NCBI RefSeq assembly: GCF_001458695.1
Contig: NZ_LN885086.1
Location: forward strand, 420,001 to 452,000
Source of the DNA: Candidatus Nitrospira inopinata
GTDB lineage: Bacteria; Nitrospirota; Nitrospiria; Nitrospirales; Nitrospiraceae
Length of the DNA: 32,000 bases
Reading direction: 5' to 3'
Positions 24,267 through 32,000 of this stretch are shown piece by piece (position 1 is the stretch's first letter; every line of letters begins with the position of its first letter). The notes under the pieces are model-generated. The model worked only from the letters and a program-made list of their open reading frames with translations, was not told the origin of the DNA and did not search any database. Position numbers and translations under genes: made by a program.

Positions 24267-25820
24267 TCACACCCACCCTACCGCCTGCGGAGACGGCTCG
24301 TTGGCAAGGTCATAGGCCCGTCTGAGTTCGTCGGCCTCCCGTTCGGCGACATCGATCAATTCCGGAACCGCTTGGCGGACGAATTCCACGAACATCGATA
24401 TCTTGACCAGAAAGAAATCGTACGAACCTTCCATCGTCCTGGGACGTTCAAACCAAAAGGACACGAACGTGGAGAGCGGCACCCTCTTCTCGTCGAGCCG
24501 TCCGCAGGATTCCGGAAACATCGCGCGCACGTCGCCTCCCCAGAACAGGACCTCGTAAGGAAGATAGACGGATCGATACAGGTCCAGCTCATCGATGCAG
24601 GCTGTCGGCTGGGTCCACTCCGGTCCGCCCGGCTCAGCTTGTCCGGAAACGACGCGGGCATATCGTTCGTAGGCCGATTCGAGCGCCGATCTGACGGCGG
24701 CCGACGTGCATTGTTTTTGAGTCGTTTGCGTCTCCTCATCCCAACAGAGCGTCTTCTTGGGTCGCCGCCCCTGCGAGAAAACTCGCGCATAACGTTCCTG
24801 AAACTCCGAGAATTCTTTCACGATCAGCGGAACCGCCTTCGTGTCCACCTCCAGCGCAAGCCCTCGCAGATTGGTCAAGCGTGGATTCCCGAGAATCCGA
24901 TCCAGCATCTCGAACAGAAGCGGCGGGATGGGAGCGCCATGGGCGTCTATCCAAGAGGGGGGGCGATCCGTCTGTTCCCGACGCGGACAGACTCCTGGAA
25001 CGCTCTCGTCGGCGGCATGGAGGTCGAGACCGGCGACGTGGATTTGGACGACGCGATGCAAGGGAAACTCTTCAAGAAATCCATCGACGAATTGCTCAAG
25101 GGAAGCCGTTCGCCAAGCCCCTGAGTAACGAAACACGGTCCACAGATGCCCGACATCGAGCACGAGCCCGCAGGGGGCGGCCTGGGTAATAAGACGGAAA
25201 AACGTCGGGATCGGCAGGGTGCCCGCCACAAAATAGGTCAATGGAGGCAGCTCGAGAAGCAGCAACGGGGAGCGGCCGTTCACGAAGCCATCATGCCGAT
25301 CAAGCATGGTTTGCGCGACCATTGCATTTTCGGCCACCACGGCCGCACCGGCTTCGGTATAAAGCGGCGGCAAATAGGTTCCATACGAATAACCGGCGAT
25401 AGATTTGGCGGCGCATTCGTGTGTCAGCCATGCGCTGTCGAGCACCGACAGGTGGCGCGCGATCTCATCTACCTCCTTAAGAAACACCGGATCTTCATGA
25501 ACGCCTGGCTGCGTTAGCCACAATCCTTCTCCATGGTACGGAGTCAAACCTTCTCCCATCCGGTTCCTGACGGCGGCCAACGCCGCGGGAACCGCGCGAA
25601 AGATCTCCATATAGTCGGGAAACACTTGACGTTGGCACAGCGTTCCAAGCAAGGTAAAGATATCGGGGGAGTAGACGTCGAGGGAAAGGCCCAGCCCATG
25701 AAGCGGGACCTGCTCAAGACGACGGAGGAACGATCGCTCGACGAGATCCGAAGTCTCCATACCATTCATTTGTGACGCGCCAAAGCGCCTAGAGTGTACG
25801 CCTTGAAACCATTGAATCAC
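24267..25820 (-). CDS. DUF692/MNIO-family (MbnB/TglH/BufB-like TIM-barrel) enzyme fused to a DUF2063-like C-terminal domain
   Basis: The N-terminal ~300 aa are collinear with the UPF0276/DUF692 consensus as I recall it: HGLGLSL, DYMEIF, YHGEGLWL, AWLTHECA, YLPPLYTE, PLLLLELPPLTYF, CGLVLDVGHLW, RVVQIHVAGLD. The C-terminal ~170 aa (LDLYRSVYLPYEVLFWGGDVRAMFPESCGRL…FVSFW…FFLVKISMFVEFV) resemble the N-terminal helical part of DUF2063 partner proteins. The start is uncertain: GTG 25820, ATG 25769 or ATG 25760. Confidence 0.7.
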   Translation of the reverse strand: MIQWFQGVHSRRFGASQMNGMETSDLVERSFLRRLEQVPLHGLGLSLDVYSPDIFTLLGTLCQRQVFPDYMEIFRAVPAALAAVRNRMGEGLTPYHGEGLWLTQPGVHEDPVFLKEVDEIARHLSVLDSAWLTHECAAKSIAGYSYGTYLPPLYTEAGAAVVAENAMVAQTMLDRHDGFVNGRSPLLLLELPPLTYFVAGTLPIPTFFRLITQAAPCGLVLDVGHLWTVFRYSGAWRTASLEQFVDGFLEEFPLHRVVQIHVAGLDLHAADESVPGVCPRREQTDRPPSWIDAHGAPIPPLLFEMLDRILGNPRLTNLRGLALEVDTKAVPLIVKEFSEFQERYARVFSQGRRPKKTLCWDEETQTTQKQCTSAAVRSALESAYERYARVVSGQAEPGGPEWTQPTACIDELDLYRSVYLPYEVLFWGGDVRAMFPESCGRLDEKRVPLSTFVSFWFERPRTMEGSYDFFLVKISMFVEFVRQAVPELIDVAEREADELRRAYDLANEPSPQAVGWV

Positions 25821-25869
25821 AAGCGTTTCACGGTATCACGGCGAACAAGGACCGTCTGCTATACTTGGC

Positions 25870-26694
25870 ATGCCACAGGCTCCGGAAACCGGATGGTCCG
25901 GAGTGGAAGAACCCGGCCGATCGATGCCAAATAAGGGAAACGACCCGCCGATGGCCGCCAACCACGGGGATACAGTGGTCGCCCATATGATGACACCAGG
26001 CGTCGTTCAAATTCCCGGCGACGTTTCCGTCACAGAAGCGGCCTCGCTTATGGAACGGGAACGGATGCCCTGTCTGCTTGTCAAGGACACAGAGGCGTCT
26101 TACGGGCTCATGACGCCCACGGATATCGTCAGGAAAGTGGTGGCCCAGGGCCTGGAACCGGATGATATCGAAGTAAGAACGATCATGACCCAACCGGTGC
26201 AATTCATCGAGTATGATCGTCTAGTCGATGAGGCCTCCACACTCATGATGTCCAGCGGCTCGCCTATCCTGATCGTGACAAAAGAGCAACTGCCGGTCGG
26301 CGTCCTCACCGTCAGAGACTTGATTCTCTCCCCTCAACGGCGGGCGGTGCAAATTCCGGCCGTCATTCAAGTGCTGGAGGAAAGCGATCCGCCGCGCGAG
26401 TGCCAGGCCGTCATCGTGCAACTCAGTCACGTTGGCGCGCTGGTCCAGTCTCTCCTCTCCTTGCTACCCGACACTCCCGTCCTCCTGAGTTTTTCTCTTC
26501 CCGATTTTGTCACACCCTTGACCATCCGAGGAACGGTCGTGGCCCACCCTGGACGGATCGGAAGCACCGGCGATACCCTTCGGTCTTCGCAAGCGACTAC
26601 CGAAATTCAATTTTCCGACCTTTCCCCGTCGGACCAGTCGAAAATCAAGGCTTGGATGCTCCAGCACGCGACAACCGATCGCGACCTCCCGTAG
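25870..26694 (+). CDS. CBS-pair protein with C-terminal PilZ-like domain
   Basis: Two CBS-like units (VAHMMTPGVVQIP…LLV and IMTQPVQFIE…ILIV…VGVLTVRDLI). These are followed by QRRAVQIP…VQLSHVGALV, which resembles the PilZ RxxxR…(D/N)xSxxG motifs with Q at the second Arg and at the D/N position. The start is uncertain: 25870, 25924 or 25951. Confidence 0.6.
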   Translation: MPQAPETGWSGVEEPGRSMPNKGNDPPMAANHGDTVVAHMMTPGVVQIPGDVSVTEAASLMERERMPCLLVKDTEASYGLMTPTDIVRKVVAQGLEPDDIEVRTIMTQPVQFIEYDRLVDEASTLMMSSGSPILIVTKEQLPVGVLTVRDLILSPQRRAVQIPAVIQVLEESDPPRECQAVIVQLSHVGALVQSLLSLLPDTPVLLSFSLPDFVTPLTIRGTVVAHPGRIGSTGDTLRSSQATTEIQFSDLSPSDQSKIKAWMLQHATTDRDLP

Positions 26695-26788
26695 TCGATG
26701 CTCCTCTTGGACTTCTTGACGGATCTTTGACCGCCGGACGATCCGTTGATACAATTTCCGTGAACTTTTTACGACCAGAGACTACCCC

Positions 26789-27844
26789 ATGAATATATCC
26801 ACGCGATCTCAGCAGATTCGTGAGCGCCTCTCCCCGTCCAAAGAGGAAATCCTCCAACAGGTCGGCGCCTTGCTCGACAGGCCGGAGGACGATCTGCGCC
26901 TCACGCTCATGAAAGAACTGTTGTGCAACCTCTTTAAGCTCCATGATGCGAATCTCGATCTGCTCGATCTCAAAATCGTCAACCGAGCGGTCAAGGAGCT
27001 TCGCCACGCGTTTTGCGTGTTTCGAAGTTATCGCGACCGGAAAAAGATCAGCATCTTCGGCTCGGCCAGAACGCCGTCGGATGATCCCAACTACCAATTG
27101 GCCTCCCGCTTCGCGCGAGCCGTTGTCCGAGCGGGGTTCATGGTCATCACCGGAGGAGCGGACGGGATTATGCGCGCCGCCCAGGAAGGGGCCGGACGCG
27201 AGAATAGTTTCGGCGTCAATATCATGCTCCCCTTTGAGCAAGGCCCCAACAACATCATCGCCGACGACCCGAAACTGATCACGTTCAAGTATTTTTTTAC
27301 CAGAAAATTGATGTTTCAAAAGGAAGCGGATGCCATCGCGCTGTTTCCCGGCGGATTCGGCACCCATGACGAAGGCTTCGAGATCCTGACGTTGGCTCAA
27401 ACCGGAAAAAGCGATCCGCAACCGATCGTCTGCCTTCAGACGCCGGACTGTGATTACTGGAACGATTGGGAGGGGTTCATCAGAAAGCAACTCTTGGAAC
27501 GCCGGCTGATCAACGAAGACGACCTGAGCCTGTTTGCGATCATGGATTCCGCCGATGCGGCCGTCGATCACATTCTCCGCTTCTATCGTCGGTACCACTC
27601 CATCCGGTTCGTCGGACGGCAGTTGTCCATGCGGCTGAACTCGCCCATTTCCCCCGAACAGCTCGAATTCGTTCGGGAACGGTTCGGCGATCTCTTGGCC
27701 GAGGGCCGATTCGAATTGCGCGGCCCCTTGGAGGAAGAGCTCGACGAACCGGCGTTGCAGCACCTGCCTCGGCTGGTGTTTACGTTCAACCGTCGGAGCG
27801 CGGGACGACTCCGTCAGTTGATCGATCATCTCAACTCGCTCTGA
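26789..27844 (+). CDS. LOG / TIGR00730-family Rossmann-fold nucleotide-binding protein (PpnN/YgdH-like)
   Basis: ISIFGSAR, VITGGADGIMRAAQEGA, and PGGFGTHDEGFE (the PGGxGTxxE LOG motif). It carries additional N- and C-terminal segments relative to minimal LOG proteins. Confidence 0.8.
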   Translation: MNISTRSQQIRERLSPSKEEILQQVGALLDRPEDDLRLTLMKELLCNLFKLHDANLDLLDLKIVNRAVKELRHAFCVFRSYRDRKKISIFGSARTPSDDPNYQLASRFARAVVRAGFMVITGGADGIMRAAQEGAGRENSFGVNIMLPFEQGPNNIIADDPKLITFKYFFTRKLMFQKEADAIALFPGGFGTHDEGFEILTLAQTGKSDPQPIVCLQTPDCDYWNDWEGFIRKQLLERRLINEDDLSLFAIMDSADAAVDHILRFYRRYHSIRFVGRQLSMRLNSPISPEQLEFVRERFGDLLAEGRFELRGPLEEELDEPALQHLPRLVFTFNRRSAGRLRQLIDHLNSL

Positions 27845-27971
27845 CCGCTCATCAAATGGCTTGGCGAGCCTTCTCGCGACACGACCGACGTCTCCGTTCA
27901 GACTCCTATCAGCCTCCCGGCGGATCTTTTCGTTTGCCAACGCCCCATGTTATCCTCTGTAGCGATTCCTC

Positions 27972-28844
27972 ATGACTGATTCGCCCCATATACAAAAGTT
28001 CCGAAACCCGCCGGACGTTGTGCTGTATCATGCCGATTGCTCGGATGGGTTCGGAGCGGCCTGGGCCATATGGAAGAAATATCCCGGCGCCCGCTTTCTC
28101 GCGGTCAAGCACGGCGTTCCTCCGCCGCCCGATCTCAGAGATCACCGGGTCGTCATCGTCGATTTCAGTTATGCGCCCTCGGTGCTTGACACGATGGCGA
28201 GGGAAACGAAGGAATTGCTCATTCTGGATCACCATATTACGGCGGAGAAGGCCTTGGAGGGGCGCCCGTACGCGTATTTTGATCAGACGAAGTCCGGCGC
28301 CGTGTTGGCCTGGGAATGGGCCCATGGCACGTCTCCGCCATGGCTGCTTCGGTACATCGAAGACAAGGATTTATGGCGATGGGCCTTACCGGCAAGCCGG
28401 GAAATCAACGCGGCGATTGCGTCCTACCCGTTCGATTTTCAGGCGTGGGACCGATTTTCTCAGTCGACCCTCGAACAAGAAGGCCGGGCGATTCTTCGCT
28501 ACGAGCAGGAATTGGTCGGCAAATTGACGTCCCATGTCGTGATGGTGGAGTTTCAAGGAGACATTGTGCCGTCGGTTCACAGCGCGATTTTGACGAGTCA
28601 AATCGGCGAACGGCTTTCTTCTCATCACCCGTTTTGTCTCATCTGGCACGACCGTGATGGACGGCGCTATTTCAGCCTGCGATCCCGTGCCGGGGGCAGA
28701 GACGTCGGGGCGATCGCCGCCTCGTTCGGAGGAGGCGGGCATACCCATGCCGCAGGATTTTCCGTCCCGCTTGAATCCGATGGAACCCTCCCCCCCGATC
28801 CGCTGCTGCCGCGCCTTGCCGCGACTCAGTCCCGTTCTCGCTGA
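27972..28844 (+). CDS. DHH/DHHA1-family phosphoesterase
   Basis: VLYHADCSDGFGAAWA (motif I-like), VVIVDFS, LILDHHITAEK (DHH), SGAVLAWEW, and GGGGHTHAAGFSV (the DHHA1 GGGH motif). Confidence 0.75.
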   Translation: MTDSPHIQKFRNPPDVVLYHADCSDGFGAAWAIWKKYPGARFLAVKHGVPPPPDLRDHRVVIVDFSYAPSVLDTMARETKELLILDHHITAEKALEGRPYAYFDQTKSGAVLAWEWAHGTSPPWLLRYIEDKDLWRWALPASREINAAIASYPFDFQAWDRFSQSTLEQEGRAILRYEQELVGKLTSHVVMVEFQGDIVPSVHSAILTSQIGERLSSHHPFCLIWHDRDGRRYFSLRSRAGGRDVGAIAASFGGGGHTHAAGFSVPLESDGTLPPDPLLPRLAATQSRSR

Positions 28845-28856
28845 GGAGGGGGCGCC

Positions 28857-29567
28857 GTGATCCCTCTTCATGACGACAATCCCACCGAGCGCACTCCTTT
28901 CATCACCGTGTTACTGATCATCACGTGCGTTGCGATTTTTCTTTATCAGGAATCGCTGCCGGGCCGAGCGGGGGAACTTTTTGTGTTTCAATACGGCGCG
29001 ATCCCCGCCGTAATCTTCGGGAATGCCACGTTCCCTGACGACTTTTCCGTGGCCGTGCCGGCGAGTCTGACGTTGGTCACCAGCATGTTTCTCCATGGCG
29101 GGTGGATGCATCTGTTGGGCAACATGCTGTATCTCTGGATCTTCGGGAACAACATCGAGGATGCCATGGGGCACGTGAAGTACCTCGTCTTTTACGTGTT
29201 GTCCGGCATTCTCGCGGCGTTGAGCCATGCCCTCATCGATCCTTCCTCCACAATTCCCATGGTGGGGGCAAGCGGAGCCATTTCTGCCGTGTTGGGAGCC
29301 TATCTGCTGTTGTATCCCCGTGCCCACGTGCTGGTCTGGCTGATGGGCCTAGGCATCGCTCGAGTCCCGGCCGGTATTGTATTAGGCATGTGGTTCGTCA
29401 CCCAATTGGTGAGCGGCGGCATGAGCGTCGGGGCTTCCGGCGGCGGTGTCGCCTTTTTTGCCCACATCGGCGGATTCGTCGCGGGTATGGCGCTGATCGG
29501 CTTGTTTAAACGGCCCGACGTTCCCTTCTTTTCGCCAAGTCGTCCCTACGACAGATGGGATCGATGA
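28857..29567 (+). CDS. Rhomboid-family intramembrane serine protease
   Basis: GAGGAGG lies upstream of GTG 28857. HGGWMHLLGNMLYLWIFG, the catalytic-Ser block GASGAISAVLGAYL, the catalytic-His block AHIGGFVAG, and multiple TM segments. Confidence 0.85.
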   Translation: MIPLHDDNPTERTPFITVLLIITCVAIFLYQESLPGRAGELFVFQYGAIPAVIFGNATFPDDFSVAVPASLTLVTSMFLHGGWMHLLGNMLYLWIFGNNIEDAMGHVKYLVFYVLSGILAALSHALIDPSSTIPMVGASGAISAVLGAYLLLYPRAHVLVWLMGLGIARVPAGIVLGMWFVTQLVSGGMSVGASGGGVAFFAHIGGFVAGMALIGLFKRPDVPFFSPSRPYDRWDR

Positions 29568-30739
29568 AGCAACCGTTCTTCCGACTGCTCCAGTAAGCGC
29601 ATGAGCCGAGCGGCTCGCTCGACGGTTTCTTCGGCGCGTTCGGCAAGAAAAGTGACGTGTCCCATCTTTCTTCCAGGGCGCGCAACCCGTTTCCCGTACA
29701 GGTGCAGCACCGCCCCCGGAATGGAGGTCAGCTCACGGTATTGGCGCCCGGTTGTCACGGTTTGCGCCTCGGCGCCAAGCAGGTTGACCATTGCGGCGGG
29801 ACTGAGCAAGCGTATTTCTCCCAACGGCAGGCCGCAGAGAACACGAACCTGCTGTTCAAACTGCGAGACGGTGCAGGCATCCATGGTGTAGTGGCCTGAG
29901 TTATGGGGGCGCGGAGCGATTTCATTAATAAGAAACCCGTCAGCCGTTTGAAAAAATTCGACGCAAAAGACGCCGATTCCGTTCAACTTCTCGACCGCTT
30001 GCCGAGCAAGGAACGTGACGGTCCGTTCGGTGTCGGGCTGGAGGGAGGAGGGGACGCACGTCAGACGCAGGACTCCGCCTTCGTGCAGGTTGTGCGCTGC
30101 AGGGTATGTGCGACATTCGCCGTCATGCCCCCGAACAACGAGGACCGACACCTCGCGCTCAAATGTCACCAATTGTTCGAGAATCCACTTGGAGCACGAG
30201 GGTTTCGTTTGTTGTAATTCATGGGCAACCCTTTCGATTTCGGCCGGCTGGCGGATGATCCATTGCCCTTTTCCATCATAGCCGGACCTCACGGTTTTGC
30301 ACACGGCCGGCAGACCGATCTGTTTCACGGCTTCGGCCAGTTGCGTCGGTGAATCCAGGGCGACAAAATCCGGAACCGGCAGAGAGACGGCCGAGAGGAA
30401 CTGTTTTTGTGAGATTCGATCTTGAATGATGCGGAGGACTGCCGACGACGGCCTGACCGGATGGCTCTGCTCGAACCGCTCACACAGGTCGGCGGGGACA
30501 TTTTCCCATTCGAACGTGATCGCGTGGACAAAACGGGAAAAGGCCTCGAAACTCTGAGAATCGGAGAAAGAGGAAACGAACGATCGGTCCGCGACGGCAT
30601 GAGCCGGTGCGTCGGGATCGGGATCCCACACGGCAACGCGATAACCCATTCGCCGCGCCGCGCCGGCGAACATCGCCCCCAACTGCCCGCCGCCTAATAC
30701 GCCGAGAACCGAGCCTGGTTCGAGAATCGCCTGCGCCAT
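29546..30739 (-). CDS. purK: N5-carboxyaminoimidazole ribonucleotide synthase PurK
   Basis: The ORF extends to 31015, but that part overlaps purE. I start at ATG 30739 (MAQAILEPGSVLGVLGGGQLGAMFA…), 10 nt after the purE stop. The body is ATP-grasp-like, with NEIAPRPHNSGH. Confidence 0.9.
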   Translation of the reverse strand: MAQAILEPGSVLGVLGGGQLGAMFAGAARRMGYRVAVWDPDPDAPAHAVADRSFVSSFSDSQSFEAFSRFVHAITFEWENVPADLCERFEQSHPVRPSSAVLRIIQDRISQKQFLSAVSLPVPDFVALDSPTQLAEAVKQIGLPAVCKTVRSGYDGKGQWIIRQPAEIERVAHELQQTKPSCSKWILEQLVTFEREVSVLVVRGHDGECRTYPAAHNLHEGGVLRLTCVPSSLQPDTERTVTFLARQAVEKLNGIGVFCVEFFQTADGFLINEIAPRPHNSGHYTMDACTVSQFEQQVRVLCGLPLGEIRLLSPAAMVNLLGAEAQTVTTGRQYRELTSIPGAVLHLYGKRVARPGRKMGHVTFLAERAEETVERAARLMRLLEQSEERLLHRSHLS

Positions 30740-30749
30740 GCCTGAATAA

Positions 30750-31316
30750 TCATTCACGGTGAGTTGAGGAAGAGAATGTCTTGGCTCCACCGGCCTCCGG
30801 AGAATTGAGCACAGTCTCGGTCTGCCGATGCCTATACTGTTTGACTCGCTCGGCAATGTCCGGATATCGTCCGGCAAGAATTTGCGCCGCAAGCAATCCC
30901 GCGTTTTCGCCTCCCCCAATCGCCACCGTCGCCACCGGAATTCCTCTCGGCATTTGAACAATGGACAACAAGGAATCAAGACCGCGCAGGTGCTCGGTTG
31001 GGATAGGGACACCAATGACGGGAAGATGAGTTTTGGCAGCGAGCATCCCCGGAAGATGAGCCGCCCCTCCGGCGCCGGCGATGATCACCTCAATGCCACG
31101 ATCAGCGGCCGAGGCAGCATATTCGAATAATCGATCCGGAGTGCGATGTGCCGAGACGACCAGCAATTCATAGGGGACATTCAGTTCAGTTAAGATCGCA
31201 CCGGCTTTTTCAAGGATTGGGAAGTCGGACTTGCTTCCTCCCAAGACTCCCACCAGAGGCTCCCGATCATCCGACAGAGAGCCGTCTTGAGAACGTCGTC
31301 TTGACTGCTGCTTCAT
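30750..31316 (-). CDS. purE: N5-CAIR mutase PurE (class I)
   Basis: [47 protein letters not shown]. It lies immediately upstream of purK. Confidence 0.9.
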   Translation of the reverse strand: MKQQSRRRSQDGSLSDDREPLVGVLGGSKSDFPILEKAGAILTELNVPYELLVVSAHRTPDRLFEYAASAADRGIEVIIAGAGGAAHLPGMLAAKTHLPVIGVPIPTEHLRGLDSLLSIVQMPRGIPVATVAIGGGENAGLLAAQILAGRYPDIAERVKQYRHRQTETVLNSPEAGGAKTFSSSTHRE

Positions 31317-31618
31317 AGCACTACTTTGTTCCAGAGATAGGTTTTTGGTCTATTGGACATGACTCTTGGGCATTGGAAAAGTGATTCTTTCATACGGAGT
31401 TCTCACCTTAACGACTCATTCATGAAGGGTCAAGCTCTGAAAACCATGCCGGGCAAACGAACAATGTGCTGCTGGTCAGCGAATGTGAAGATGGATAAAA
31501 AAGCAGGCGGCAACTCGGGAGAGAGAATAGAACAGTCTCAGAGCTATCAATACCGGAGTTTTGTAGTAGGTTTTTTTGCGCCCCTATCACCCTAGCAGGG
31601 CAAACGTTATTCAAACTG

Positions 31619-31648
31619 GGGAGGGGAGCGCGCAAACGCTCCCCTCCC
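31619..31648. terminator. Strong GC hairpin after the partial minus-strand gene (putative terminator)
   Basis: Perfect 12-bp stem gggaggggagcg / cgctcccctccc with loop cgcaaa, 10 nt downstream of the stop at 31658. On the minus strand it is followed by ccagtttg, which is only a weak U-tract. Confidence 0.55.
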
Positions 31649-31657
31649 TCTGCGAGA

Positions 31658-32000
31658 TTATTTAATACCTTGTCCCGTTGTTCTGGGCATGAACATTTCG
31701 AAGATGCTAGGTTCTCGCTCAGTATAATCAGGCGGGAAGAAGTTGAATCGCCGCCACAATTCATACCACAGCGGAACACGATTCAGAATGACCCAGCCCA
31801 AGACCTTCGTCCCTTGCCGAACCCGTGACTGGTCCGGCCATGGTTGAGAATCTTCCGGGTCCGGCACCACCCAAAATCTAAAATTGCCTTTGCCGTCGTC
31901 AATCTGATCGACGACTCGAATGATGCCGGTCCGAGTGCCCGCCATCAATTCAGGCCATGCCGGCAATGGAATCGCCGGAACCCCGAAGAAGAGAATTTTC
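31658..32000 (-). CDS. C-terminal part of a larger protein (gene continues beyond the window); possibly a membrane-fusion/HlyD-like barrel domain
   Basis: The frame is open from the window edge: …KILFFGVPAIPLPAWPELMAGTRTGIIRVVDQ…GWVILNRVPLWYELWRRFNFFPP…. The TTG 'start' at 31966 in the ORF track is therefore internal. The family call is only an impression. Confidence 0.5.
   Translation of the reverse strand, partial: KILFFGVPAIPLPAWPELMAGTRTGIIRVVDQIDDGKGNFRFWVVPDPEDSQPWPDQSRVRQGTKVLGWVILNRVPLWYELWRRFNFFPPDYTEREPSIFEMFMPRTTGQGIK

Noticed and set aside
22607-24325. 572-aa plus-strand ORF across maf and dus (also 22317..23177 and 24093..25124)
   Set aside because: The translation is Arg/Pro/Ser-rich and lacks any domain signature. 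The opposite strand encodes Maf, Dus and the MNIO enzyme with clear motifs and coupled starts.
26645-27940. 431-aa minus-strand ORF opposite the LOG-family gene
   Set aside because: The plus-strand frame carries the diagnostic LOG motifs (GGxxGxM, PGGxGTxxE). The antisense translation has no recognisable features.
28857-29567. Rhomboid protease as the sorting enzyme (rhombosortase-like) for the VPLPA-CTERM proteins
   Set aside because: It lies 24 kb away among housekeeping genes. Its size and motifs are those of a general GlpG-type rhomboid. Rhombosortases pair with GlyGly-CTERM tails, not PEP-CTERM-like tails.

Overview
GC-rich (roughly 58-60% by eye), gene-dense chromosomal window from a diderm bacterium. 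I cannot assign a taxon from the sequence alone. I support about 32 protein genes, one multiply disrupted pseudogene, a few hairpin terminators and four perfect short tandem duplications. I recognised no rRNA, tRNA, CRISPR array, transposase or integrase.

Layout:
- (1) 1-7.3 kb: a secreted di-haem cytochrome c peroxidase/MauG-like protein, two tandem secreted proteins ending in a VPLPA-CTERM sorting tail, a TIGR03790-family protein, and a convergent GT9 glycosyltransferase gene carrying four disabling lesions.
- (2) 7.3-8.0 kb: an unexplained non-coding stretch.
- (3) 8.0-16.25 kb: eleven consecutive minus-strand genes. Ten encode exported proteins and one is a small HTH. They comprise two small secreted proteins, a cytochrome P460-family lipoprotein, a mono-haem cytochrome c, a TPR protein, a beta-propeller lipoprotein, a putative outer-membrane barrel, the excisionase-type HTH, and a TlpA-like thioredoxin flanked by two paralogous His/Cys-rich mini-proteins.
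- (4) 16.4-21.7 kb: secA, a 31-codon bS22-like micro-ORF, a 73-aa ORF and an MsbA-like ABC exporter.
- (5) 21.7-25.8 kb, minus strand: a secreted protein, then a tightly coupled operon of a DUF692/MNIO enzyme fused to a DUF2063-like domain, then dus, then maf.
- (6) 25.9-32 kb: a CBS-pair/PilZ-like protein, a LOG-family protein, a DHH/DHHA1 phosphoesterase, a rhomboid protease, purE-purK and a partial gene.

Best candidates for undescribed biology:
- the orphan fused MNIO-DUF2063 enzyme coupled to tRNA/nucleotide housekeeping genes, with no precursor peptide in sight;
- the His/Cys-rich paralog pair bracketing TlpA;
- the VPLPA-CTERM/TIGR03790 locus.

All family calls rest on motif recognition by eye, not on searches.
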